Notes: generated by a model from the sequence alone, not told the origin. DNA of 64,000 bases from Alphaproteobacteria bacterium (GCA_038116985.1 JAYOEZ010000007.1:624-64623); one strand, 5' to 3'. Counted from the stretch's first letter, positions 54,797-62,994 are shown. Translations and numbers: made by a program.

Positions 54797-54873
54797 GGGC
54801 CCGTAGTTCAATTGGTTAGAACCCGCCGCTCATAACGGTGAAGTTGCAGGTTCGAGTCCTGCCGGGCCCACCA
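54797..54873 (+). tRNA. tRNA-Met (anticodon CAT; elongator type, lysidine-Ile2 not excluded)
   Basis: Hand-folded cloverleaf: acceptor GGGCCCG/CGGGCCC, D arm GTTC-AATTGGTTA-GAAC, anticodon arm CGCCG-CTCATAA-CGGTG (CAT at 54831..54833), T arm GCAGG-TTCGAGT-CCTGC, discriminator A, encoded CCA. The G1-C72 pair argues against an initiator. Confidence 0.9.
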
Positions 54874-54904
54874 ACCAGTCTGCCGATCACGATTATTCCG
54901 GCCT

Positions 54905-55051
54905 CAGCGCTGCAAAGAGGTCGCGTGGCACGACGATGCGCCTGAGGGAAAACTTGACCTGCTGGTCACGCTCGACTTCCGCATGTCGACGACCTGTGTG
55001 TACTCCGACATCGTTCTGCCGACGGCGACCTGGTACGAGAAGAACGATCTC
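54905..55051 (+). pseudogene. internal fragment of a respiratory nitrate reductase alpha subunit (NarG-like molybdopterin oxidoreductase)
   Basis: Reads ...[44 protein letters not shown], close to the conserved NarG segment ...[31 protein letters not shown]. Only ~45 codons with no gene context. Confidence 0.65.
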
Positions 55052-55117
55052 AGATTCCTTCTGTCGAATTACTGCCGTCGTGAGCCGCAGGGGCAAGAAA
55101 CTAGCGCATGTGACGAC

Positions 55118-55300
55118 TTGGAATGGCACTACATCGCTCCGGGCAAGTCGATGCAGAACGGCTTCGTCGAGTCGTTGAGCGGTCGGCTGTAACGAGTGCC
55201 TCAACGAGCATCTGCTCCCGACTCTGCGCCGGGCACGCCCGCTCGTCGACGCGTGGAGGGTCGAGTACAATCTGAACCGAACGCGTTGTCCGTTGGCTTT
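55118..55300 (+). mobile_element. C-terminal fragment of an IS3-family transposase (OrfB integrase core), frameshifted
   Basis: [24 protein letters not shown] then, after a frameshift, ECLNEHLLPTLRRARPLVDAWRVEYNLNR. This is the typical IS3 OrfB C-terminus (PGKP.QNGF.ESFNGR.RDECLNEH...W...YN..RPH). No DDE N-terminal part and no inverted repeats seen. Confidence 0.7.
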
Positions 55301-55368
55301 CCTAGCCGCGAGAAGTCGAGCTCGAAGCCACGCTGATGGGTCCACAGGTCGAGGTCGCGAGAGAGGAA

Positions 55369-56904
55369 TTAGCGCGCCAAAGACGCAGCTTCGCGGCGTT
55401 GATCGGCGAGCGCGCTCAACCGCGCACCTTCCTTGATAGCAACCTTGAACGAACCGAAATAGAAGGACGCTCCCGGTGTTGAGACTTCGTCGAATGACTG
55501 CCGGATGTCAGCATCCAGTGCCCGGCCCTCGGCGCCGTTCTCAAGGATGTGCGCACCTCCACGGCTGACACTCCAGCGATCCATGTCGACTGCGCGGTCG
55601 AGCGGCAGGTGCCGGCCAAGGACTGCGTCGAGTACCTGAGCGCAAGTCGTGGTCTGGCTGATGCCCCCGGGTGAGCAGCATGCCAGGACTTCGTCGGTCC
55701 CGCCGGTGACGATCAGGGGGTTGAGCGTGTGGAATGGCCGGCGCCGGCGCGCGGGCGTGTTGGCGCCGTCGGGATCGAAACACAGCATTCGGTTGTTCAG
55801 GAGAATGCCAGTACCCGGGTCGCAGACTCTGCTGCCGAAAGGCTGGAAGATGCTTTGAAGCAGGCTGGCTGCCTGTCCATCGGACATGACAATCGCAATC
55901 CCTGCGGTATCGCCGCCCTTCGAGGCATGGCGGTTGCCGACCGGTTCTACCGTGCCCTGCAGCACGGCGGCAGCGCGGTTACGAATGTCGTCCGGGCTCG
56001 CGCCGTCGGCCCAGACGTCACGGATTTCACCGCTCCAGCGCTCGAACACCCGGCGTGCCAGCGCCGGATGCTGGACGAACCGGCGCGCCATCGGATCCGC
56101 AGTCCTGTCGTCCTCGCCCAATGCCTTCAACTGGAGGAGACCGAGAAGCCCGACAAACGGCGGCGGCATCGCTGCAATGCGCCAGTCACCATAGGGGCCG
56201 AACAGTGCAGGGACGCGTGCGGCATGGAAGTCGGTGAAGTCGGATTCGGGGACGTCGCGGCCAAGCCTCTTGAGAAAGCGTCTCAGCGAAACGGCCGGCT
56301 TTCCTTCGTAGAACGTGCGCAAGGTCCCCGCTGCCAAACCCTCCAGCGTAGCGGCTAGGGCCGGTTGTGGGATGCGACTGGTGGTGCTGCTGACGCCGTC
56401 GAACATAGTGCCGAAAAACTGTTCGGCGGCGAAATCGTTGCGCCGATCGACCAGATACTTGCGCAGTTCCTTGCCGAGAGGGACCCCGGTCTTCGCGATG
56501 CCGATTGCGGGGGCGAGCAGCGCGCTGAGGTCGCGCCGGCCGTAATCCTCCAGAGCAAGTCGCCACAGATCGACGAGGCCCGGCACCACGCAAGAGCCCG
56601 GGCCTTTTGCGAACGCGGCGGCGTCGTAGGTATTGGACTCCTCACCCATCGCCCAGCCAGCACCGTCGTAGGCGTCGATTGTGCCGTCGCGCCGACGCAC
56701 CAGCATGGCGCCATCGCCGCCCAGAGTGGTCGCCTGCGGGGATACGACGGTGAGAACGGCTGAGGCGGCGACGATCGCCTCGACCAGCGTGGCCCCGTCC
56801 GCGAGCAAGGCATCCGCCGTCTCGGCGGCCAGCGGATGGCCCGCGGCGATAGCCCACTTGCGCCCGGTCGCCGGGGCGCGGGTGGTGTAGTCGGCAAGAG
56901 CCAT
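55369..56904 (-). CDS. gamma-glutamyltransferase-family protein without signal peptide
   Basis: 511 aa. GGDTAGIAIV (Thr nucleophile context), FQPFGS, GILLNNRM, and RRRPFHTLNPLIV. No N-terminal signal sequence. TGATG overlap with the upstream gene. Confidence 0.75.
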   Translation of the reverse strand: MALADYTTRAPATGRKWAIAAGHPLAAETADALLADGATLVEAIVAASAVLTVVSPQATTLGGDGAMLVRRRDGTIDAYDGAGWAMGEESNTYDAAAFAKGPGSCVVPGLVDLWRLALEDYGRRDLSALLAPAIGIAKTGVPLGKELRKYLVDRRNDFAAEQFFGTMFDGVSSTTSRIPQPALAATLEGLAAGTLRTFYEGKPAVSLRRFLKRLGRDVPESDFTDFHAARVPALFGPYGDWRIAAMPPPFVGLLGLLQLKALGEDDRTADPMARRFVQHPALARRVFERWSGEIRDVWADGASPDDIRNRAAAVLQGTVEPVGNRHASKGGDTAGIAIVMSDGQAASLLQSIFQPFGSRVCDPGTGILLNNRMLCFDPDGANTPARRRRPFHTLNPLIVTGGTDEVLACCSPGGISQTTTCAQVLDAVLGRHLPLDRAVDMDRWSVSRGGAHILENGAEGRALDADIRQSFDEVSTPGASFYFGSFKVAIKEGARLSALADQRREAASLAR

Positions 56905-58058
56905 CAGGAGTGGCTCGCGCCAACCTCGATGCCGGCGATGGCGAGGCCGTGGTCGGCGATCCGCATCCGCCTATTCAGTTGTGGAAACGTGCGAAAGGCC
57001 CAGATGATCGGATCGCGCAGCATCCACAATTGCTGCGGCCACTGACGGCTGAAGTAGTCATAGCGCAGCGCCCAGCGCTGGGTGTGGTCCGCAATGAAGC
57101 GGACACCGCGTTCCCACGCCTCCAGCGCTGTTGGCACGTCGGGCTCTCGGTCGAGGAAGTGCACCAGCGAGCGGCCGTCAATGATCGTGATGCCAGCCCC
57201 CTGGCCCAGTGTCGGCGGCATCCCGTGGGCGGCATCACCGATCAGAACGATCCGCCCATGTGCCCATTTGTCGCAGCTAACGACCGAGTAGGGTGCCTGG
57301 AGGACCTCGGCCTCGGCGAACTTCTCGAAGGCCCGGGTCAGGCGTGGAAAGGCGCGGCTCCAATCGTCAATGTCGTTCGGTAGGGCAGCGGCAGTAGAAT
57401 CGTTTGCGGGACAGACCTGATAGACGTAGGTCTCGTTGGCGCCACAGGGAGTGATGCCGATACGGCGACGGCCCGACCAGTTTTCCAGGGTGATGCCGGG
57501 TTCCACGAGTTCCTGGTCCGGCAGCAGGTAGCGATTGATCAGCGTCCCGAGGGTGCGATAGGTCGCCTGGGGCGCGACGCTCCTGCGCACGGCTGAATGG
57601 ACGCCGTCCGCGCCGACGATCAGATCGCCGCGTTCCTGCCCGCCTCCCTGAAGGCGCAGCGTTCCGTCCGTGCCGGCGCCTTCGACTTCGACTCCGGTGT
57701 TGATCTCGACACCGGCCTCGTCCGCAGCCGCCCTAAGACTGTCGACCAGCGCCTGCCGGGGAAAGACGTAGACCCGGTTCTTGCCTGAGTGGTTGTCCCG
57801 GATCTGAAGGACGTTGCCGTCCGCATCCACGACACGCGCGTATTGCAGCGCGGCGCCAAGGGGTTTCAGGCGGTCGAAGACACCCATTTCCTCGAACACT
57901 TCGATGCTGTTGTTCTTGATGTAAATTCCCGCGCCGATTTCGCGAATCACTGGAGAGCGTTCGAACAGCCTGACGTGCCAGTCGCGTTGGGCAAGCAGTG
58001 TGGCCGCAGTCAGTCCGCCGATTCCGCCTCCAGCAACTAGGGCGAGGCGCCCGCTCAT
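56904..58058 (-). CDS. FAD-dependent monooxygenase (salicylate/3-hydroxybenzoate hydroxylase-like)
   Basis: 384 aa from ATG 58058 (ATGA overlap with the RidA-like stop). LALVAGGGIGGLTAA, GADGVHSAVR, and LIGDAAHGMPPTLGQGAG. Confidence 0.85.
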   Translation of the reverse strand: MSGRLALVAGGGIGGLTAATLLAQRDWHVRLFERSPVIREIGAGIYIKNNSIEVFEEMGVFDRLKPLGAALQYARVVDADGNVLQIRDNHSGKNRVYVFPRQALVDSLRAAADEAGVEINTGVEVEGAGTDGTLRLQGGGQERGDLIVGADGVHSAVRRSVAPQATYRTLGTLINRYLLPDQELVEPGITLENWSGRRRIGITPCGANETYVYQVCPANDSTAAALPNDIDDWSRAFPRLTRAFEKFAEAEVLQAPYSVVSCDKWAHGRIVLIGDAAHGMPPTLGQGAGITIIDGRSLVHFLDREPDVPTALEAWERGVRFIADHTQRWALRYDYFSRQWPQQLWMLRDPIIWAFRTFPQLNRRMRIADHGLAIAGIEVGASHS

Positions 58059-58450
58059 CTTGCGGCCTTGGTGCAGTGGGCGACGCACTCGATCTCCAGC
58101 ATCATTCCGTCGATCCCGAGGTCGGTTACCAAGGTCGTACGGCTCGGATAGGGCGCGACGAAGTGTTCCCTGTAGAGGCGGTTCATCGGCTCGAACTGGT
58201 CGCGTTTGGTCAGGATGACCGTGGTCTTGATCACGCGGTCGATCGACGAGCCTCCGGCCTCGAGGACGGCTGTCAAATTTTTCATAACCTGTTTGAACTG
58301 CGCCTCGAAGTCGCCCGGTACGAATGTGCGCTCTTCGTAGTAGGGCGGCATTCCCGAGACGAAGAGCAGGTCGCCGACACGGGTCGCGTGCGACAGCGGC
58401 GAGCGGATGATCGGCAGTTCGTCAGAATGGACGCGGTAGAATTCCGTCAC
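58055..58450 (-). CDS. RidA/YjgF/TdcF-family (enamine/imine deaminase-like) protein
   Basis: 131 aa. LLFVSGMPP, IDRVIKTTVILT, PSRTT..., and MMLEIECVA. Confidence 0.8.
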   Translation of the reverse strand: MTEFYRVHSDELPIIRSPLSHATRVGDLLFVSGMPPYYEERTFVPGDFEAQFKQVMKNLTAVLEAGGSSIDRVIKTTVILTKRDQFEPMNRLYREHFVAPYPSRTTLVTDLGIDGMMLEIECVAHCTKAAR

Positions 58451-58464
58451 GGCAAGTCCTGTTT

Positions 58465-59544
58465 CTAGTATGTCATTCCCTGCAAGGCACGCACTGCGCC
58501 CGAAGCCAGCAACGGATGCCCCCCGTGCTTGTCCCGGAGGGTGTCGCCGTCGAGCGTAGCAAGCGCCGCGGCGGCTTCGGCGCCGATGCCGTAGTCGGTG
58601 GCAAAGGCTTGCGGGTCGGTGCGGTATCGCTCTCGCGCCTCCTCGAAATTACGCAAGGCAAACAGCGCCCGATTCAGCGCGGCGTTCTCGGCGCGAATGG
58701 GCGGGTAGTAGTCCCGCCCGGCAAGGGCGTCGGTTGACTCCTCGTCCTTGGTCCAGCAGACAGCCGCATAGGTATGGTGCCAGTTGTCCTCGAAGGCCGC
58801 GATCCGTTCAGTACCGTTCCCGAATAGCCCCGCCAGCATGGCCCACGACCTGAGCTCGACATTGCCGGTCTGCTCGGCGCCGGCGCCGTCAAGCCAGGTT
58901 GCATAACGTGGCCCGTGGCGTCGCACGCCGTCGAAAAAACTGCGGTCGAAGTCCAGGTCCGGTCCGGGTTTCGCGTAGCGCGCAGTGCCGGGGTAGTGCG
59001 ACAGGCCGCCGCTCGCGATGACCGCTGCCTTGAGTTCCATACGCTGCAGGACGCCTTCCAGCGCGCGTCCGAATGTCGCGCAGCGCTGAAGGGTCGGCTG
59101 GGGCGGCATGTAACTGTTGATCAGAATCGGTAAGGCCGGGATCTCCTGAGGCAATTCTAGAAATGCGATCGGAATCGAGACATACGTGCCCAAACTGACA
59201 TCGCTGCCAAATGCTGGATCGCAATCGGCCTCGTACAGGCCCGCCACGATGTTCAATGCGCGGTCGCCCATCAACGGCCACGCGAAGTCGGTCAGCCGGT
59301 TGCCTTCTTCGAACCGGTTGCCACAATGAACGTAAAATGGTGGGACGACAGTCGTGGCAAAGTTGTCGCCGTGGTCGTTGCACAAGACAACCAGCACATC
59401 TACGTCAGCCTCAGCGACCAGTTTGCCGATCGTTCTGTAGGCTTCCTTGACGCGCTCGACCTGATTGGCGTCCTCCGAATCCGGAACCGAAAGGAGTTGC
59501 GGTGCGTGGGGCACCGCAGCGGCGACAGGAACAGTGACGGGCAT
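58465..59544 (-). CDS. class III extradiol ring-cleavage dioxygenase, LigB-like catalytic domain fused to a LigA-like C-terminal domain
   Basis: 359 aa. VPHAPQL, VLCNDHGDNF, and ASGGLSHYPG (LigB family). The C-terminal ~90 aa (NRALFALRNFEEARERYRTDPQAFATDYGI...) resembles the small LigA subunit, as in gallate-dioxygenase-type fusions. Confidence 0.75.
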   Translation of the reverse strand: MPVTVPVAAAVPHAPQLLSVPDSEDANQVERVKEAYRTIGKLVAEADVDVLVVLCNDHGDNFATTVVPPFYVHCGNRFEEGNRLTDFAWPLMGDRALNIVAGLYEADCDPAFGSDVSLGTYVSIPIAFLELPQEIPALPILINSYMPPQPTLQRCATFGRALEGVLQRMELKAAVIASGGLSHYPGTARYAKPGPDLDFDRSFFDGVRRHGPRYATWLDGAGAEQTGNVELRSWAMLAGLFGNGTERIAAFEDNWHHTYAAVCWTKDEESTDALAGRDYYPPIRAENAALNRALFALRNFEEARERYRTDPQAFATDYGIGAEAAAALATLDGDTLRDKHGGHPLLASGAVRALQGMTY

Positions 59545-59691
59545 CGCGGTGTAGGGTCCTGGGTTGGGGAGCCGGTCTAGGCGGCGGCTGGGGCCGCGCC
59601 TCGGTCATCATTCTAACCGGAATCATCCGAGTAGCTACCTGCGGGCGGAATAGTCACGACCATCTGCGGCTTCTTCCCGAGGCTCCGCCTA

Positions 59692-59716
59692 ATTTGCAAG
59701 TCCGCTTATTTGCAAG
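59692..59716. repeat. direct repeat ATTTGCAAG-N7-ATTTGCAAG upstream of the dioxygenase operon
   Basis: ATTTGCAAG at 59692..59700 and 59708..59716, each containing the palindrome TTGCAA. About 150-170 bp upstream of the ATG at 59544. A similar pair occurs at 62995..63018. Confidence 0.5.
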
Positions 59717-59974
59717 AAGCGCTGTGCGCAGAATCCACCATGCGCGTGTACATGTCGACAACTCATCTCTGTACTGGGCAATGGCAGTTGTCGTTGTAGC
59801 GGCTCCGGGCCTTGGGTGATGTACCCACAAAAACTCCTCATTCGTTCCGATCTCCTCTTCCGGGTCGATCAGCTGTGGCTCTCCTGCCCGCGGAACAGGT
59901 CAGAACCCTCATGCTGCCGACTAGTGTGCGTTCGCCGGACGCTTACGAAATGCCGAGGAATACCCTGAACTGCC

Positions 59975-59997
59975 GTTCGTTCGTTCGTTCCCTGTTC
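59975..59997. repeat. (GTTC)4 microsatellite followed by CCT-GTTC
   Basis: GTTCGTTCGTTCGTTCCCTGTTC read directly from the sequence. Confidence 0.8.
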
Positions 59998-60029
59998 GGG
60001 GCTTTCCGGTTCGCTGATACCGTCGTCAA

Positions 60030-60057
60030 AATTCCCTGTTGAGGGTAGCAGGGAATT
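60030..60057. repeat. perfect 9-bp inverted repeat AATTCCCTG-N10-CAGGGAATT
   Basis: Read directly. Shares the TTCCCTGTT core with 59988..59996 and 60130..60138. Confidence 0.8.
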
Positions 60058-60129
60058 CGCCGCTAAAGCACTGAAATTGGAGCCGTATTGGGGCACAACG
60101 CGTTCTCAGAGACCCAAGATCTGCTGCAA

Positions 60130-60159
60130 TTCCCTGTTAATTCGCTGATAAACAGGGAA
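60130..60159. repeat. inverted repeat TTCCCTGTT-N12-AACAGGGAA enclosing TTCGCTGATA
   Basis: Read directly. The inner TTCGCTGATA (60141..60150) also occurs at 60010..60019. Confidence 0.8.
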
Positions 60160-60241
60160 CAGCTACCAGAGACTGGTTCGATCCAGACTGCAAGCACCAC
60201 CACAATGCGTCGCAAGTTGAGGCGGGAGGGAGCGTCAACGA

Positions 60242-60880
60242 ATGACGATCAAGATCCAAGTCGTCTCGGACTACGTCTGTCCGTACTGCTTCCTGGCCGA
60301 GGGCCCCCTCGACGAGGCGGTCAGGGAAGTGGATGCCGACGTCTCCGTCGAATGGATGCCGTTCGAACTGCGGCCGCACCCGACGCCGACGCTGCGCCCG
60401 GAAGGCGACTACCTGCAGAACGGCTGGCGCGACTCGGTCTATCCGCTTGCCGAGAGGATGGGCGTCAGGATCGTGCTGCCGCGTGTGTCGCCCCAGCCCT
60501 ACACGCGGCTCGCCTTCGAAGGCGCGTTGTTCGCGCGGGACCACGGCAAGGCGGCCGACTACAACCACCGCATGTTCACCGCGTTCTTCCAGGACGAACG
60601 CGATATCGGCAAGCCCGAGGTGCTGGCCCAGTGCGCCGAAGAGGTCGGCCTGGACGCCGCGCAGTTCCGCGCCGCGCTCGACCAGGGCGCCTATCGCGTG
60701 GAATGCGGCAACCTGCTGCATTTCACCCGCGAGGTTTGGGGCGTGAATTCGGTCCCCACCTTCGTCCTCAACGGGCGCACTGCAATCCCCGGCATGCTTC
60801 CCAAGGAAGCCCTGGTTCAGGTGCTTCGCGAACAAGCGGCCACGGCCGGGGTCAGTCCGGAAGTTACGGGAGAGCCCTAA
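60242..60880 (+). CDS. DsbA-family thiol:disulfide oxidoreductase (FrnE / 2-hydroxychromene-2-carboxylate-isomerase-like)
   Basis: 212 aa with GGGAGGGA RBS. VSDYVCPYCFLA (CPYC active site) and GVNSVPTFVLNG. Confidence 0.8.
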   Translation: MTIKIQVVSDYVCPYCFLAEGPLDEAVREVDADVSVEWMPFELRPHPTPTLRPEGDYLQNGWRDSVYPLAERMGVRIVLPRVSPQPYTRLAFEGALFARDHGKAADYNHRMFTAFFQDERDIGKPEVLAQCAEEVGLDAAQFRAALDQGAYRVECGNLLHFTREVWGVNSVPTFVLNGRTAIPGMLPKEALVQVLREQAATAGVSPEVTGEP

Positions 60881-60926
60881 CCGTCCGTCCGGGTGCCGCT
60901 GCGCACCCGAACGCCGCCGTCTTCGT

Positions 60927-61160
60927 CTACCCGCGCTCGGTATCTGGCAGTTCGGCGCGCAGGACGTCGTAGAGCCGATGAACCACGTCCATGCGGACGT
61001 CGGGCGGCGACGCATCCGAGGTGTCCTGCTTGTCGGCGAGGATGCGCGCCATCTCGAGTTCGGCCGCCGTTGCGCCTGCGGCCAGGATCGTTTCGATCTG
61101 GTCCTCGTCGATGTGTCCGACCGCATCGACGATCTGCGCGCGGGTCAGGGCGTCGTCCAC
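60927..61160 (-). CDS. 77-aa acidic hypothetical protein
   Basis: ORF 18 nt downstream of the lipoprotein gene on the same strand. No family recognised. Confidence 0.4.
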   Translation of the reverse strand: MDDALTRAQIVDAVGHIDEDQIETILAAGATAAELEMARILADKQDTSDASPPDVRMDVVHRLYDVLRAELPDTERG

Positions 61161-61178
61161 GTTCTCAACCTCCGTCGG

Positions 61179-61649
61179 CTAGCGCGACACGACTTCCCAG
61201 GAGCCGTCGGCGCGGCGGCAGGCGGTGCCGTAGGCTTCCTCTTCCCGGTTGCCGACCATGACCGTCTGGCGGTACTCGCGGCATTGCTCGCCGGCCCGGC
61301 TCTGATACGTCCGTGTCGGCGTCACCGTGCCCGAATGACCGCTGTCGGGGTTGCGCCATGTGCTCGCGGTGCCGGTCGGCGCGGTCTCGAGCGTCGACTG
61401 CGTGGTCTGTTCCATCGCCAAGCGGTCGGCCCGGTCCAGGGACTTGCCGATCTCGCTGCCGGCGAGCGCGCCGAGCAGCGTGCCGGCCGCCGTGGCCGCC
61501 AGCTGGCCTTTGCCCTTGCCGACTTGTGCGCCGATGACGGCCCCGGCGGCGGCGCCGACCACGGTGCCGATCTGCTCCTTGGGACCGGCGCCTTCGCAGC
61601 CGGTCAGGATCAACGCGCCGGCCACCACAATTGCGAAGCGGTATCTCAT
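61179..61649 (-). CDS. outer-membrane lipoprotein, glycine-zipper / 17-kDa surface antigen family
   Basis: 156 aa from ATG 61649 (AGGAGG RBS). Lipobox LILTGC, glycine zipper GTVVGAAAGAVIGAQVGKG...AAGTLLGALAGSEIG, and a C-terminal Cys-containing domain. Confidence 0.8.
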   Translation of the reverse strand: MRYRFAIVVAGALILTGCEGAGPKEQIGTVVGAAAGAVIGAQVGKGKGQLAATAAGTLLGALAGSEIGKSLDRADRLAMEQTTQSTLETAPTGTASTWRNPDSGHSGTVTPTRTYQSRAGEQCREYRQTVMVGNREEEAYGTACRRADGSWEVVSR

Positions 61650-61819
61650 GAGATCCTCCTTCAAGTGCGGACTCGGTTGGGTTCTGGATATTTCCCAACC
61701 GGTACCCCCGCCGCGCCCGCGAGTCGTTGCGTGCGATCAATCGGCGGTCGCCGGATTTGGTGTGGCTGGGCAGCGCGCGCGGTTCGGAGCGGCTAGACTT
61801 CTACCTGAGGAGACGCTCC

Positions 61820-62302
61820 ATGCCGCCTGCCGTTGCCCCGCTCGAAACCTCGTTCCTGACTCACTTCGTCATCGAAGCGATGCCGGGCCTGGAAATCGGC
61901 AAGCCGCCGGCCGGCTGGCGGCGGGTCGATCGCATCCTGAAGGGGACGTTCGAAGGGCCGCGGCTGTCTGGCGAGATCGTCACCGGGACCGATCCCGTTC
62001 TGGTCATGCGCGACGATTCGGCCCGGCTCGACGTCCGCATGGTGCTGCGCACGACCGACGACGTCCTCATCCAGATGACCTATGACGGCATCGTCGCCGG
62101 ATCGCGCGACGTCATGAAGCGTATCGGCCGCCGCGAGGCGGTGGACGCAAGCGAGTACTACCTGCGCACCGCCGTCGCCTTTGAGGCCGCCGATCCGCGC
62201 TATGAATGGCTCAACGGCGCGCTCGCCGTGGCGACGGGACGCCTGCTAGTGTTCCCGAACGGCGCCTTCGGCGATCACTACAACGTCTACCTCGTGCACT
62301 AG
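61820..62302 (+). CDS. DUF3237-like beta-barrel protein (copy 1)
   Basis: 160 aa from ATG 61820 (GAGGAG RBS). GKPPAGWRRVDRILKGTFEGPRLSGEIV...ARLDVRMVLRTTDDVLIQMTYDG. Confidence 0.65.
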   Translation: MPPAVAPLETSFLTHFVIEAMPGLEIGKPPAGWRRVDRILKGTFEGPRLSGEIVTGTDPVLVMRDDSARLDVRMVLRTTDDVLIQMTYDGIVAGSRDVMKRIGRREAVDASEYYLRTAVAFEAADPRYEWLNGALAVATGRLLVFPNGAFGDHYNVYLVH

Positions 62303-62313
62303 GAGGCATTGTG

Positions 62314-62799
62314 ATGGATGACCGGCAAGCGCCGTTGGCGAGCGAATATCTGATGACCTTGGACATGCAGGCGATGCCGGGTCTCGACATCGGCAAGACA
62401 CCGCGCGGTTGGCGCCGCATCGACCGGATCGCGCAAGGCACGGTCGAGGGACCGAAACTGCGCGGCACCGTCGTCACGGCGACCGACCACCTCCTGGTGC
62501 ACCGCGACGATTCGGCCCACCCCGACGTGCGCCTCGTCCTCGAAACCGACGACGGCGCCCTGATCCAGGTGACCTACAAGGGCGTCGTGACCGGCCCCAC
62601 GGAGGTGATGAAGGCGCTCGGTCGCCGCGAGGACGTGTCGGGCGAGGCCTACTACATGCGCAACGCGCTCTTCTTCGAGGTCGCGATGGACAGTCCCTAC
62701 GCCTGGCTCAACAACGTTCTTGCCGTCGGGCGCGGCGCGGTGCGCATTCTCGATGGTGGGGCCTTCGGCGTCCGCTATGAGGTGTTCCGCATCCTCTAG
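62314..62799 (+). CDS. DUF3237-like beta-barrel protein (copy 2)
   Basis: 161 aa from ATG 62314 (AGGAGG RBS, 11 nt after the previous stop). GKTPRGWRRIDRIAQGTVEGPKLRGTVV...AHPDVRLVLETDDGALIQVTYKG. Confidence 0.65.
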   Translation: MDDRQAPLASEYLMTLDMQAMPGLDIGKTPRGWRRIDRIAQGTVEGPKLRGTVVTATDHLLVHRDDSAHPDVRLVLETDDGALIQVTYKGVVTGPTEVMKALGRREDVSGEAYYMRNALFFEVAMDSPYAWLNNVLAVGRGAVRILDGGAFGVRYEVFRIL

Positions 62800-62994
62800 G
62801 CAATCCGTGCCTGAACCTACGGCCGGTCCGGGTTTCTCACGTGTCGCGGATGGCGGCGAAGTCGCGTGCGCGCTGGACCCGAAAATATCGAAGAGTGCTC
62901 TAGGGTGCTGCAAACAATAGAAAAAAAGTAAAACATTGAAGTTCCCCAGAAAATCAACTAGTATGATTTTCAGCAACTGCTTCGTCGAAAGAAG

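Noticed and set aside
54893-55345. 150-aa minus-strand ORF covering the narG/IS3 remnant.
   Set aside because: No recognisable motifs. The plus strand of the same DNA carries two clearly recognisable, though decayed, protein-coding remnants, which better explain the sequence.
59983-59997. GTTC-N7-GTTC, the alphaproteobacterial LexA (SOS) box consensus.
   Set aside because: It arises trivially from the (GTTC)4 microsatellite. The neighbouring genes (DsbA-like, aromatic catabolism) are not SOS-type functions. It cannot be distinguished from chance without a genome-wide motif analysis.
60163-60207. tRNA 3-prime-end-like string CTGGTTCGATCCAGACTGCAAGCACCACCA. It could have been a tRNA fragment marking the far end (att repeat) of an island starting at the tRNA-Met.
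   Set aside because: The T-loop would have 6 nt rather than 7, and only a 4-bp stem forms. The sequence is not a repeat of the 3-prime end of the tRNA-Met at 54797..54873, sharing only GGTTCGA and CACCA.
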